A DNA stretch of 64,000 nt from Azolla caroliniana (taxonomy: Eukaryota > Plantae > Polypodiophyta), in the NCBI GenBank assembly GCA_043228905.1, contig JBHGNT010000021.1:8060001-8124000 (forward strand), written 5' to 3'. The notes below the pieces were generated by a model, which saw only the letters and a list, made by a program, of their open reading frames with translations, was not told the DNA's origin and did no database searches. Below, piece by piece: positions 37,301-48,700 of the stretch; the first letter of the stretch is position 1, and each line of letters begins with the position of its first letter. The position numbers were made by a program, and so were the translations under genes.

Positions 37301-39946
37301 TGTCCTCCCGTAAGGAGCCAAGGAGATGGCTTAGGCGCAAGGAAAAAGGGAGGAAGAAGGTGTTGGATTATGGCACGGATAGGAACGAGTCGGATCACCG
37401 CGAGTCCGACTCCGAGGGAAGTGATGACGGGTCTTCGAGAGCAAAGTCTGCGTCGGTTAAGAAAGCCTCAACATCGGGTAATGAGCAATTATGCCGATCT
37501 ACCCGCCAACAGAACCCTATTGTTCGGTTCGGATACAATGAGTACATGGCGCACCATTACGCGTACATGACGCGAGTGGCGGAAGTGTGTGAGCCGGAGA
37601 GCTACGCGGAAGTGCCACAATGGAGGAAGAGATGCGCGCATTGGCGGAAAATGAAATCTGGGACCTGGTTGAGGCACCGAAAGGTGTGAAGTCGATCGGA
37701 TGCAGATGGGTGTATAAGGTGAAATACAACACCGATGGCTCTGTCAACTGCTACAAGGCCTACGCGCAACAACACGGCATCGACTATGATGAGATGTTTG
37801 CGCCGGTTGCAAAGATGATGATCGTCCATGTTTTGCTTGCGATAGTTATGGCAAAGGGGTGGCACTTACATCAGATGGATGTAAACAATGCGTTCCTGCA
37901 AAGCGAGCTTGAGGAACAGGTGTACATGGTACAGTTCCCCGGATTTCAGTCCGGAACGAACACTTCCGTGGTGTGCCAATTGAAGAAGTCCCTTTAAGGA
38001 CTAAAGCAAGCTCCGCGTGCCTGGAACGCGAAGATCACACAGCAACTGCATCGGTCGACTCGGGCCGGTTAGTATTTTACATTATGTTGATGACTTGGTC
38101 ATCACCGGCGCCGACCTTGGTGAAATTGACCGCTTAAAGCTCCAGCTTGCAGCATCGTTTGAAATGAAGGATCTGGGGGCCCTTCATTACTTCCTCGGGA
38201 TCGAAGTGATCCGCACCCCCGAAGGCATACTGATCAGCCAATGACATTACGTGCTGAGTATGCTCTTCAAGTTCGGGATGGCAAATTGTAAGCCCATCTC
38301 GACCCCTCTAGACAGAAACGTAAAGCTTCGCCGAGATTCAGGAAAGGCGTGCGACCCGCCACGGTTTCGACAAATTGTTGGAAGCCTCATTTACGTGACG
38401 ATTACTCGGCCGGATCTCAGCTACCCGGTTGGCTTAATCAGTCAATTTATATCGCAGCCTACAGCCGAACACTTTCAATGCGCGCAAAGGATATTGCGAT
38501 ATGTCAGCGGCTTGAAAGACTCGGCGTTGTTTTATCAGGCAGGTGTAGCTGAACAGTTGGTTCGCTACACATATGCCGATTGGGTCGGAAACGCCCATGA
38601 TCGTAGATCCACATCCGGATACGCATTCTCTCTAGGAAGTGCAGCGATCGCGTGGAGTAGTAAGAAGCAGCCGACAATAGCACTGCCGAGCAACGAGGCC
38701 GAATATCGAGGGGCGACTGTCACTACAAGCGAAGTCATTTGGCTGAAACGGCTATTGCGGGATCTGCATGTGGAGGTATTCAATCCGACGACGATCTATT
38801 GCGACAACCTCAGTTGTCTCCACCTTGCGGAAAACCCCGTGTTCCACGCCCAGACCAAGCACATGTGAGCGGGTCCTTTCAGGTGAAGTCAAACTAACGT
38901 ATGTTCTAACGGATTAGCAAGTTGCTGACATCTTCACCAAGCCTCTTGGTCTCGACAAGTTACGGCATTTCTCGGGTGAGCTAGAGTTGCGTCACCTCGA
39001 CACGCCGAACTTGAGGGGGAGAAAGGAAGAACAGGCACAAGAGTGTGGAAGGAGTGGGGGTGTTCATCACAACGGAAGTGACCGTGATGAGGAATCGGAT
39101 GAAGAATTCGAAGAAGAGAGCAAGGGCCGCAATCATAGGGAAGACTCGAAGACAACCGAATCAGGGGGAGATAAGGCCAAGAAGAAGACGTGGTTGGAAG
39201 TTGTCAAAGGTCTAAAGACAGAAGACGAATTGGAGACAACCAATTTGGATGAGAGCGGAATTGAATCGGAAGTGTTCGATTCAATCAGAATGTTCGATTT
39301 CGATACGCCGAATCAACTGAAGGCCATGCGGAGAAAAGGGCACCGAAGGACACGCCGACACTACAACAACAAGGGAGCTGAGAAGGGCCGAACAAGTAGA
39401 CAAGCCGACCGGAAGGGTCGAAGCGTGCGAAATCGAATGGGTCGAGGAGCGCGAGCGAGGCATGAAGCCAGAAGGAACCGGAGCGTAGATCCGGAAGAGC
39501 GGACAGAACCTCAAGTTGAGCTTGAGGGGGAGTGTTGAGTGACAAGCTCAATGTTGGGTGCGTAACACGGTGCGTAACCCAGTGTGTAGACTGGGTGCGT
39601 AAAACATTACGCATAACGTAAGTTGTAATGGTGCGAACATCGCGAGGCCATTAGAAAGCTATTCCTCGAAAGGAATAATTTTGGGAGTGAGTGTAGCGGC
39701 TCATTTATGAGCGTCAAGTACTGTCAATACTTGTGTCAGCCCGATTGTCAGGGCTTGTATAAAAGGTGCTCACTGAGCATGATGTATGTACACAGAGTGT
39801 CACTATTTTGAATTTGAGTTTTCTGTTGTCTGCTCTCTTTCTCCATCTCCATCTCCATTTCCATCTCTGCATTTTCTGTGTTTTACCGAACTGTCTTATT
39901 CCTCCGAACTGTGTACTCTGTGTTCCGCATACGCTATTCTTTTACA
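34386..39946 (+). mobile_element. Copia B: Ty1/copia related to A and D, 5' LTR truncated by ~90 bp
   Basis: LTRs 34386-34716 and 39533-39946; PBS TGGTATCAAAGC at 34717; PPT 39520-39532. Gag from 34828 with CWYCCKKGHKESEC, protease WYVDSG, integrase, RT YVDD, RNase H. A deletion removed the left TSD and ~350 bp of host RT. Confidence 0.95.
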
Positions 39947-40960
39947 TGGTTGACGGATTCATCGAAATTATACTTCAACATGTAAATCCATTTGTAGGCA
40001 ATTGCCTTCTTGTACGGCGAGTGGGGAACGAGATCACATGCCTTGTTCTTGCATAGTGCCCGCATCTCCTCGTTCATTGCTTCGACCCATCGTGGATCCT
40101 TGTCTGTTTCTGAAAAACTTTTCGGTTCTTGAATTGTCGTTACCTTCATCATAAAGCCATAGTGGTATGCCATATAATCGTTGTAGTCGAATGGGCTAAC
40201 AGGATCCTTCTCACGGGTGGAGCAATAGAGTGTTTCGTTTACCGTGGCAATGGCTTTCTTTATGCTAGGTGTCCTCATCATAGGTACATCGAAGCCACCA
40301 AACTCACTGTCAAGGGAGTGAGTTGATTCATTGTTGTCGAATTGATCTTCTTCATACTCCGACATTTTCGCCTTGCCTTTGTCCAGCTTCAGACTAAGCC
40401 GAGATGTGCTTTGGTTGCTCGGGGGCTCTTGTGGCCCACTAAGCCTTGTCGTAATCGGACTTTCTTCGAACATGTGTTCGAGTCGATCTCCATCTTCTAT
40501 CTCTTGTTCGGCGGATTCTGGGTCAACTACAAATGATTCGGGAGGAGTCGGCTTGGGTTAGTACCATGATGCCAATTCATCGAAGACTACATCTTGACTC
40601 ATACGAACCTTCCGAGTCGAGGGGTTATAACACTTGCACCCCTTTTGCTCCAGTGAGTATCCTATGAGGATACATTTCTCTGACTTCGGGTCGAGCTTTT
40701 GTCGCTTCTCCTCGGGGATGTGCATGTATGGAATGGAGCCGAATATCTGAACATGTGATAGATACAACTTCTTTCCGAAAAACTTCTCGTGTGGGGTAAC
40801 CTCATCCACGCTAGATGTTGTACACTGGTTCATTATGTAGACGGCTGTGTTGGCGGCTTTTGCCCAGTACGACTTCGGCATGTGCTTCTCGTTAAGCATG
40901 GGATGTGCTACTTCGAGCATGTGACGATTCTTTCGTTCGGCTACTCCACTCTGTTGTGGC

Positions 40961-41662
40961 CATAGATTGACATATTCGCATTCGTCGGGTTTCCCATTCA
41001 AATGCAAATGAATACGAATACGAATGGGTGGTCAAGTATTCATTAAACTCCAAAAAAAAAAAAAAAAAAACTTTGTCTTTTTCAATTTCCTAGGATAAAA
41101 AAAAGGAACTTCACAATAAATAGGGATAATAAAAGAGGGACTTGGGGATTTGACACTACTAAATTTTTATAATAAATATATAACTTATAAGTTATAAGTA
41201 TGTATTCGTTTTATTTTTAATAAATAAATAAAATAAAATAAAGGCTCATTAATTTCTCACTTTTTATTCCCTCAAAATTTATGGATATTTTTATTTTGAC
41301 ATTAAAAATAGTACTTCAAACTAATTATATCTTTAGAGTTCATACTAATCATATTTGGAAGTATAACTAAATTTTTATAATAAATGTATAACTTATAAAT
41401 TATAAGTATTCGTTTTTTTAAAATAAATAAATAAATTGATTAATTAAAATAAGTTTCATAAACTCTCTTGACACTATAATCTATTAATGAATAATTGTTC
41501 TTTTTTTGGTGAAATAAAATTTTTAAATAAATAAATAAATATTATATATATTTTTGCATAACGAATGGGTTTTTAATATTCTTGGGGTCATTTCGTATTC
41601 TCGAATATTGAGAATATTGCACATGAAGAATATCACGAATATCGCGCATGTGTCAATCTATG
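40961..41662. mobile_element. Non-autonomous TIR DNA transposon (MITE-like, 702 bp), hAT- or P-type ends
   Basis: Perfect 12-bp TIR CATAGATTGACA/TGTCAATCTATG; 8-bp TSD GTTGTGGC (40953-40960, 41663-41670); AT-rich non-coding interior with CGAATA/TATTCG subterminal motifs. Confidence 0.93.
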
Positions 41663-43664
41663 GTTGTGGCATATGTAAACACGAAAACTCTCGCTGAATT
41701 CCTTCTTTTCGAAGAAAAGCCGAAAATTCATCAGAGAAGTACTCTTTTCCTCCATCTGACCGAAGACATCGTACATGACGGCCGGTTGTCTTTTGGACTT
41801 CGCTTTTGAATTTCTGGAAGTGTCCAAACACTTAGCTCTTTTGTCGGATGGGGTAGATCCAGGTGTGCCTAGAGAAGTCGTCGATAAAGGTCACGTAGTA
41901 TAGGCATCCGCCGAATGTCGCCGTTTGAGCCGGCCCCCATACATCGGAATGAATTACATCGAGTAGGCCTTTGCTCACGTTCCTCTCCTTCGGGAATGGA
42001 TGCCAATGTTGCTTGCCAAATTGGCAAGCTACCCATACTCCTTCAATCTCTTTCTCTTTGAAGGTTGGGAGCCCGATGACGACTGCTTTCGATTGCATTG
42101 CCTTGAGTTTATTGAGGTTGATATGACCGATTCTCTTATGCCATAACTCTATGTCGGTGTTGATTTTGGTGCCCTTTGCAAACATGGCCGATTTCATCTC
42201 ATGTGAATCAAGAATGAACAATCAACCCTCTCTTCATCCACGAGCGATGAGTCGGCCCTCTTTTTCGATGAAGCAACCACCTTGGTTAAATCGAACTTGC
42301 ATCCCTTGCTCAACAATTTGGCCGACGGAGACCAAATTCTTTGTGATGGTTGGTACATGCAAGACATTCTTAATGTAAGTTTGGTTACCTTCTTTGCCGA
42401 ATGGAACATTGCCGATGTGCCGAATTGGATGAGTAGTGTCATCTCCGGTCTCGACATAGTCGGGTTGATCTGGCTCTCGAAGTTCTCTGAACCATTCTCG
42501 ATGAGACGTCATATGGTTCGAGGCACCAGAGTCGATGAACCATACGTCTTCCGAACTAGAGGCACTATTCAAAGTAGAGGCCGATATAGAATTTGCTCTA
42601 TGTCTCATCACGAACATTCTGCCATGATTGTCATAGTTGGAGTTGGTGGCATAATTGGTGAGTTGTCGGCTTGTGGAAGCTGACTCACGCTTCTTCTTTC
42701 GGCACTCTTCTTTATGGTGGCTGATTTTTTGGCGATATCCGCATTCAATCGAGGTTTTTCGGCTCGGATCGGAATGGAAGCTCCCCCTTCTTCAGAAGGT
42801 TCCTCGATGGCTTCTGTCATGTTGCCGAAATTGAAAATTGTTTTCGTAAGTCGGGCCTCGTTCACCTCGTCCTTGGCTGAATCGGCCTCTTGGTCGGCCG
42901 CATCCTCTTCCTCTGTTCGAATGTTTGTAGAGAAAGTGGCCTTACGAGGCGTTGCTCCTAGTTCGAACATGATTTTCTTCAACCAACAACATGGATTGAA
43001 GATCGAAGAAAGAGGGCTTACTCCATCACGGATGAACATATTCTCTCGTGCTAGTACGCTAGTCCGCATCGCATCAAATAGTGGTGCAAGGCCGCCGAGG
43101 CATATTTGCACCATCCCATCATCCTCCACATTGATGCTTATTGAGTCGAGTGAGTCACAAAGCTCCTTCATCTTCAAGGTGTAGCTTGTGATGGACATAT
43201 CCCTTTGTTGGATGTTGTTCAAATCTTGGCGGAGTTGAAGCTTTTGTGTTGTCGTGTTGGCGGCAAATATCTTCTTGAGATTCTCCCATGCTTCCTCTGG
43301 CGTCTCGACTTCTCGAATTGTAGCCGAACATGTGGACATGAACACATGTCGCCAAGCAATACATCACTCGGATTGCCACTTGTTCCCATGTTGAGTAGTC
43401 GGCGTTGTCGCGAAGTTTCACGCGTCTGTGTTACTTGGGCGGGACCATGGGGGCCTTGGACTAGGGAGTGTGAAGGGATAGAGAAGACCCGAGGTTTGCT
43501 TTACGACAATACTACTTCCCAACCCCTTTCCGAGCAAGGTCTCATTGCCCCTTTTTTGGGGCCGGTGGCTTTCGTTGATCACGACTCGTCGAGTTTTTGA
43601 GATCACCGCACGAGCCAAGTGATCAAACGGGTACAAGCAAAGATGAGCATGCAAGATGAATACA

Positions 43665-44310
43665 CAAGGGGACGAGAACACAAACACAAATGCCCGTATG
43701 TTTTTATGAGGAGAGATGCATGGGCACGCCTGAACGCTCCCTCGTCACAAGACACCGAATGTACAAGGAAAGGGACGAGAATACAAACACGAATGCTCGT
43801 ACGTCTTTATAAGGAGGAGAGGTGCATGGGCACGCCCGAATGCCCCCTTGTCACAAGACGTCGAACGTACAAGGAAGACACAATACACATGCACAAATGC
43901 TTGTACGCCTTTATGAGGAGGAGAGGTGCATGGGCAAGACCGAACGCTCCCTCATCACAAGACGACTGAACATACAAGGAAGACACAAACACACACACAC
44001 ACAAATGCTCGTACGTCTTTATGAGGAGGAGAGATGCATGGGCACGCTCGAAACGCTCCCTTGTCACAAGACGACCGAACGTACAAGGAAGACACAAACA
44101 CACGCACAAATGCTCATACGCCTTTATGAGGAGGAGAGGTGCATGGGCATGCCCGAAATGCTCCCTCGTCACAAGACGACCGAACGTACAAGGAAGACAC
44201 CAACACACGCACAAATGCTCATACGCCTTTATGAGGAGGAGAGGTGCATGGGCACGCCCGAAACACTCCCTCATCACAAGACAACCGAACGTACAAGGGG
44301 ACGAGAACAA
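43665..44310. repeat. Tandem array of six ~105-bp units inside the solo LTR
   Basis: AC(A/G)AATGC..TTTATGAGGAGGAGAGGTGCATGGGCAC..TCACAAGAC..GTACAAGG at ~43686, 43789, 43893, 44001, 44106, 44211. Confidence 0.95.
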
Positions 44311-45533
44311 AGAAAGAAAGAAAAACACGAATGATATTGTGTAAAAAGAAGTGTGCGGAAGCAGGTCTGAAGACCGAACAGAAGGAAGGAAACTCAGGTT
44401 CAATGGAGAGCTTGTGCTTACACGGTATACGCAGGAGAGACAGAGAGTGTGTGAGAGAAGACACAAAAATATCTTCAACAATAATACTCAGTCTGTACAT
44501 AAGACGTGCTCAATGAACACTTTTATACAAGTCCTAGAAGGACTGACCGAAGTACTGACAGTACTTCAATGCTCATCAAGAGCTCCTACACTAACTCCCA
44601 AATATATTCCTCACGGAATATCTTTCCTAACGACCTCCCGGTTTACGCACTCGGCCTAACCGATCGGTCCCAACCGATCCAGTCCTCGGCTTCTTCAGCC
44701 GATCCGGTCGATGTTGAGCTTGTCTCTCAACACTCCCCCTCAAGCTCAACTTGAGGCTCTTCGGGATCCTCGGGCTCACAGCTCCGGTTCCCCCTGGCTT
44801 CACGCCTCACTCGCGCTCCTCGACCTGTTCGACTCCGCGCTGTCGTGGCGTGGCTCGCCTAGAAGTGTAGCGTTGCGTAGACAAAGGATAACGTGAAAGT
44901 GAGGAAGGAATCACTGGGATTATGGACGGAAGAGACGAAAGAGTAGAGATAGATAAATAGTGATCAACAAGATATGACAAGATAGGATATAGAATGATAT
45001 TTGAAGCAATAAAAGAGATTTATAATTATTTGATAAAAGAGTTACAAAATGATTGTACACGTCGTTGAACCTCCGAACTTTGTCTTGCAAGGTAATCGCT
45101 CTTCTCTTTCTTGATCGTAGACCACTACAATCTTCACTTCAATATTTTGATGAAGATAAGGCTCGAACCACCTCCCTCTTGTTGAGAGTTGACCACCACG
45201 ACCACCAAGCTAGAGCTCCACCTTTATGTTAAACTTCTTCCCTTCTTTATCTATTTTTGTGGTATCTCTTATGTAATACATAATTTGATTGATATCTCAT
45301 ACATATCCCCCTTTGATCTTCTCTTTCACCATTTAAATAGGTGCCCCCATGCATATGATGCATTGGACGGTACAAATCATGCATGTAGTGCATGAAATGC
45401 ATGTGATGCATGATCGCCATTTGGCGTTCATGCATTACATGTGATGAATGATAAACATCTCGCTCATTTGAGCTTTTATGTATGAAACAATATATGCAAT
45501 AACAATAAACATGAAAACATAATCTTAAAGAGA

Positions 45534-45605
45534 AAGGGCCTAGCCTAATGGTAGGTGTGTTGACTTTAGTGTATGAGGTTGTGGGTTCGAGTCTCAAAAT
45601 ACTAT
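45534..45605 (+). promoter_or_regulatory. tRNA-like Pol III type-2 promoter cassette in LTR U3
   Basis: Box A TAGCCTAATGG 45541-45551 and box B GGTTCGAGTCT 45584-45594, 43-nt start-to-start spacing, partial T-stem. Confidence 0.6.
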
Positions 45606-45698
45606 TGAATACAACATGCAACTTTATTTTTATATCATGAAGCAAATCCTTTATGTAATATAAAGTATATATAAAGTATGCTTTATTTTATGAATATT

Positions 45699-45768
45699 AT
45701 TAGTGTAGAGTAAATGGTAAGATTTGAGAGTCATAGGGTGGGGTTATTGGTTCAAGTCCTCTCTTGTT
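45699..45768 (+). promoter_or_regulatory. Second tRNA-like cassette in the same LTR
   Basis: Box A-like TAGAGTAAATGG 45706-45717 and box B GGTTCAAGTCC 45749-45759. Confidence 0.5.
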
Positions 45769-48700
45769 CGTGTAATATAATATATTTATCTATATATATA
45801 TATATTATTTTTCTTTACATATATATAATATTATCATATGTGTTGTTAATATAATATCTTTATATATAAAATATTATCAAATGTTATTTTAGTTACGTAT
45901 TTATCTTATTGTAGACTTTTAATGTGAAGCTTTCGTACTTCACGACAGCGCGCTTCGACCCTTCCGGTCGGCTTGTGTGCTCATGCGGCCCTTATCAGCT
46001 CTTCTGCTGTTGCGGTGTTGACGCTTCTCCTGCTGCCTTTTCTTCCGCTTGGGCCTCGGTTGATTCAGCGTGTCTGAATCAAACATCCGAACCAACTCGG
46101 CTACCTCCGATCGTTTTTCGCTCTCGTCCGAGTTGGCTGTCTCCAACTCGTCTTCGGTCTTCTCGCCTTCAATGGTGTCATCTTCCCCATGCGTGGTTGG
46201 CTTCGGCTCTCTCCTTTGGTTGCTCCCCTTCTGTCTGCTTCCCAACTTTTCCGCGGGTCCGCCCTCGGCTTCTTCAGCCGATCCGATGTCAAACTTGTCA
46301 ACCGACTCGGTGTCGCGGTGTCCGCTCCTTTCCTGCTGCCTTGCTTGGTCGTTCGGGACTGTTCTCCCCCTCAAGTTTGGCACGTCAAGGTGACGCAACC
46401 TGAGCGCACCTGAGAATTGCCGCAACTTGTCCAGACCAAGAGGCTTGGTGAAGATGTCGGCAGTCTGCCGATCCGCCGGAACGTACTGAAGTTCGACTTC
46501 ACCGGAAAGGACACGCTCACGGATGAAATGATAGTGCACCTCAATGTGCTTGGTCCATGCGTGGAAAACAGGGTTTTTCGCGAGCTCGATGCTGCTGAAG
46601 TTGTCGCAGTAGATCGTCGTCGGATCTGACACCTCCACTTGCAGGTCTTTAAGTAGCCGCTTCAACCATATGGCTTCGCATGTCGCGACAGCCGCTCCTC
46701 GGTACTCAGCTTCGGTGCTCGACAGGGCAACTATCGGCTGCTTCTTACTGCTCCACGCGATCGCGGCACTCCCGAGGGAGAACGCGTATCCGGACGTGGA
46801 TCGGCGATCGGCGGCGTTGCTAGCCCAATCAGCATCGGTGTAGCCGACTAACTGCTCGGCTGCACCGGTCTGATATAGTAGTCCGCGGTCCTTAATGCCG
46901 CTTACGTACCGCAGTACGCGTTGTGCACACTGAAGGTGCTCCTCGGTAGGTCGCGCCATGAACTGACTGATCACTCTGACTAGATAACTGTGGTCGGGTT
47001 GGGTGATGGTCAAGTATATGAGACTTCTGACAATTTGTCGAAACCTCGTCGGGTCGCATACCTTTCCCGAGGAGTCGAGACGGTTCTGTCCAGAGGAGTC
47101 GAGACGGTCTTACAGTCGGCCATCCCGAATTTGAAGAGCATACTCAGTACGTAGTGACGTTGGCTAATCAATATGCCTTCGGGGGTACAGATCACTTCGA
47201 TCCCGAGGAAGTAATGAAGGTCCCCCAGATCCTTCATGTCGAACGATGCCGCAAGCTGGAGCTTCACGCGGTCGATTTCACCTAGGTCGGCGTCGGTGAT
47301 GACCAAGTCATCAACATATAGTAAAATACTAACCGGTCTGAATCGACCTTTCCGGATGAACAGGGAAGAGTCCGATTTTGACGTGGCGAAGCCTATCCAA
47401 CGCAATTGTTGCGTGATCTTCGCGTTCCAGGCACGCGGGGCTTGCTTCAGTCCGTAAAGGGACTTCTTCAGTCGGCATACTGCCGAGGAGTTCGTTCCGG
47501 AGTGAAATCCGGGGGGTTGTACCATGTACACCTATTCCTCAAGGTCACCTTGCAGGAACACATCCATCTGATGTAAGTACCACCCCTTGGCCGCAACTAC
47601 TGCGAGCAAAACACGGACGGTCATCATTTTCGCGACCGGCGCAAACGTCTCATCGTAGTCGATGCCATGTTTCTGCGCGTAGCCCTTTGCCACTAGCCGA
47701 GCCTTGTACCGGTTGACCGAGCCATCAATGTTGTACTTGACCTTGTACAACCACCTACACCCGATCGGTTTTACCCCTTTTGGTGCGTCAACCAGGTCCC
47801 ATGTCTCGTTCTCCGCCAATGCTTGCATCTCTTCCTCCATCGCGGCACGCCAGTTCGCGTCTTTAGCCGCTTCTACGTAGCTCTCCGGCTCATGCACTTC
47901 CGCTACACGGGTCATGTACGCATAATGATGCGCCATGTACTCGTTGTATCCGAACCGCAAAACAGGATTCTTCTGGCGGGTAGATCGGTGTAATCTCACA
48001 TCAGCCGATGTCGAGGCCTTCTCGGTCGATGCGGTCTTCAGCTTTAAAGACCCGTCACCTGTTCCCTCGGAGTCGGACTCGCGTCGATCTGACTCGTTCC
48101 TATCCTTGCCGGAATCCGACACCTTCTTCTTCCCTTTCTCTTTGCGCGTAAGACGTCTCCTCGGCTTCCTGCATGGGGAATGCACGGCCGAGTCTCCACT
48201 ACTCGCCGGCTCTTCATCGGATTGGTCGTACCGACTCAGTCGTCCAATCGGTCCACTTAACCGGAGTGAAATCGGACTCTCTTCGCGGGTCTCGATTTCG
48301 GGCTCATCCGGAGGCATCTCGGCCTCGCTGACCTCATTGTCAAAACTCGTATTGGAGTCGGGGTTCTGAGTCAGGGGCAGGTACCAAGACGCGGACTCGT
48401 CAAACACAACGTCGCGGCTGACACGCGCTTGTTTGGTGCGAGGGTTATAGCACTTATAACCCTTCTGCTCGTCTGAGTAACCGACCAAGATGCACTTCTC
48501 GGCCTTTGCGTCCAGCTTCCTCCTTTTCTCCTTCTGTACATGCACATACGCAATGCTACCAAACACCCTCAAGTGTCGCAAGTTCGGCTTCGTTCCGAAA
48601 TATAGCTCATGCGCCGACACTTTGTCTCCGATCCGGTTCTGGATGTATACCGCGGTCCTTACCGCCTCGGCCCAGTAGAACTTGGGCAAGCTCTTCTCCT

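Larger units (their letters stand above)
44841..45947 (-). mobile_element. Solo gypsy-type LTR (1107 bp) inserted in the 3' end of copia D
   Basis: TGTCGTG...CACGACA termini; perfect 4-bp TSD GCGC; GCATG-rich block 45345-45485 similar to the element G LTR (14480-14610). Confidence 0.92.

Noticed and set aside
43665-44310. CRISPR-like array
   Set aside because: Units are similar along their whole length with no unique spacers, there are no cas genes, and the context is a eukaryotic LTR.
43619-44481. Repeat-protein ORFs on both strands
   Set aside because: They are by-products of the stop-poor 105-bp tandem array.
45534-45768. Functional tRNA genes
   Set aside because: A/B boxes are present, but acceptor and anticodon stems do not pair convincingly; treated as tRNA-like cassettes only.
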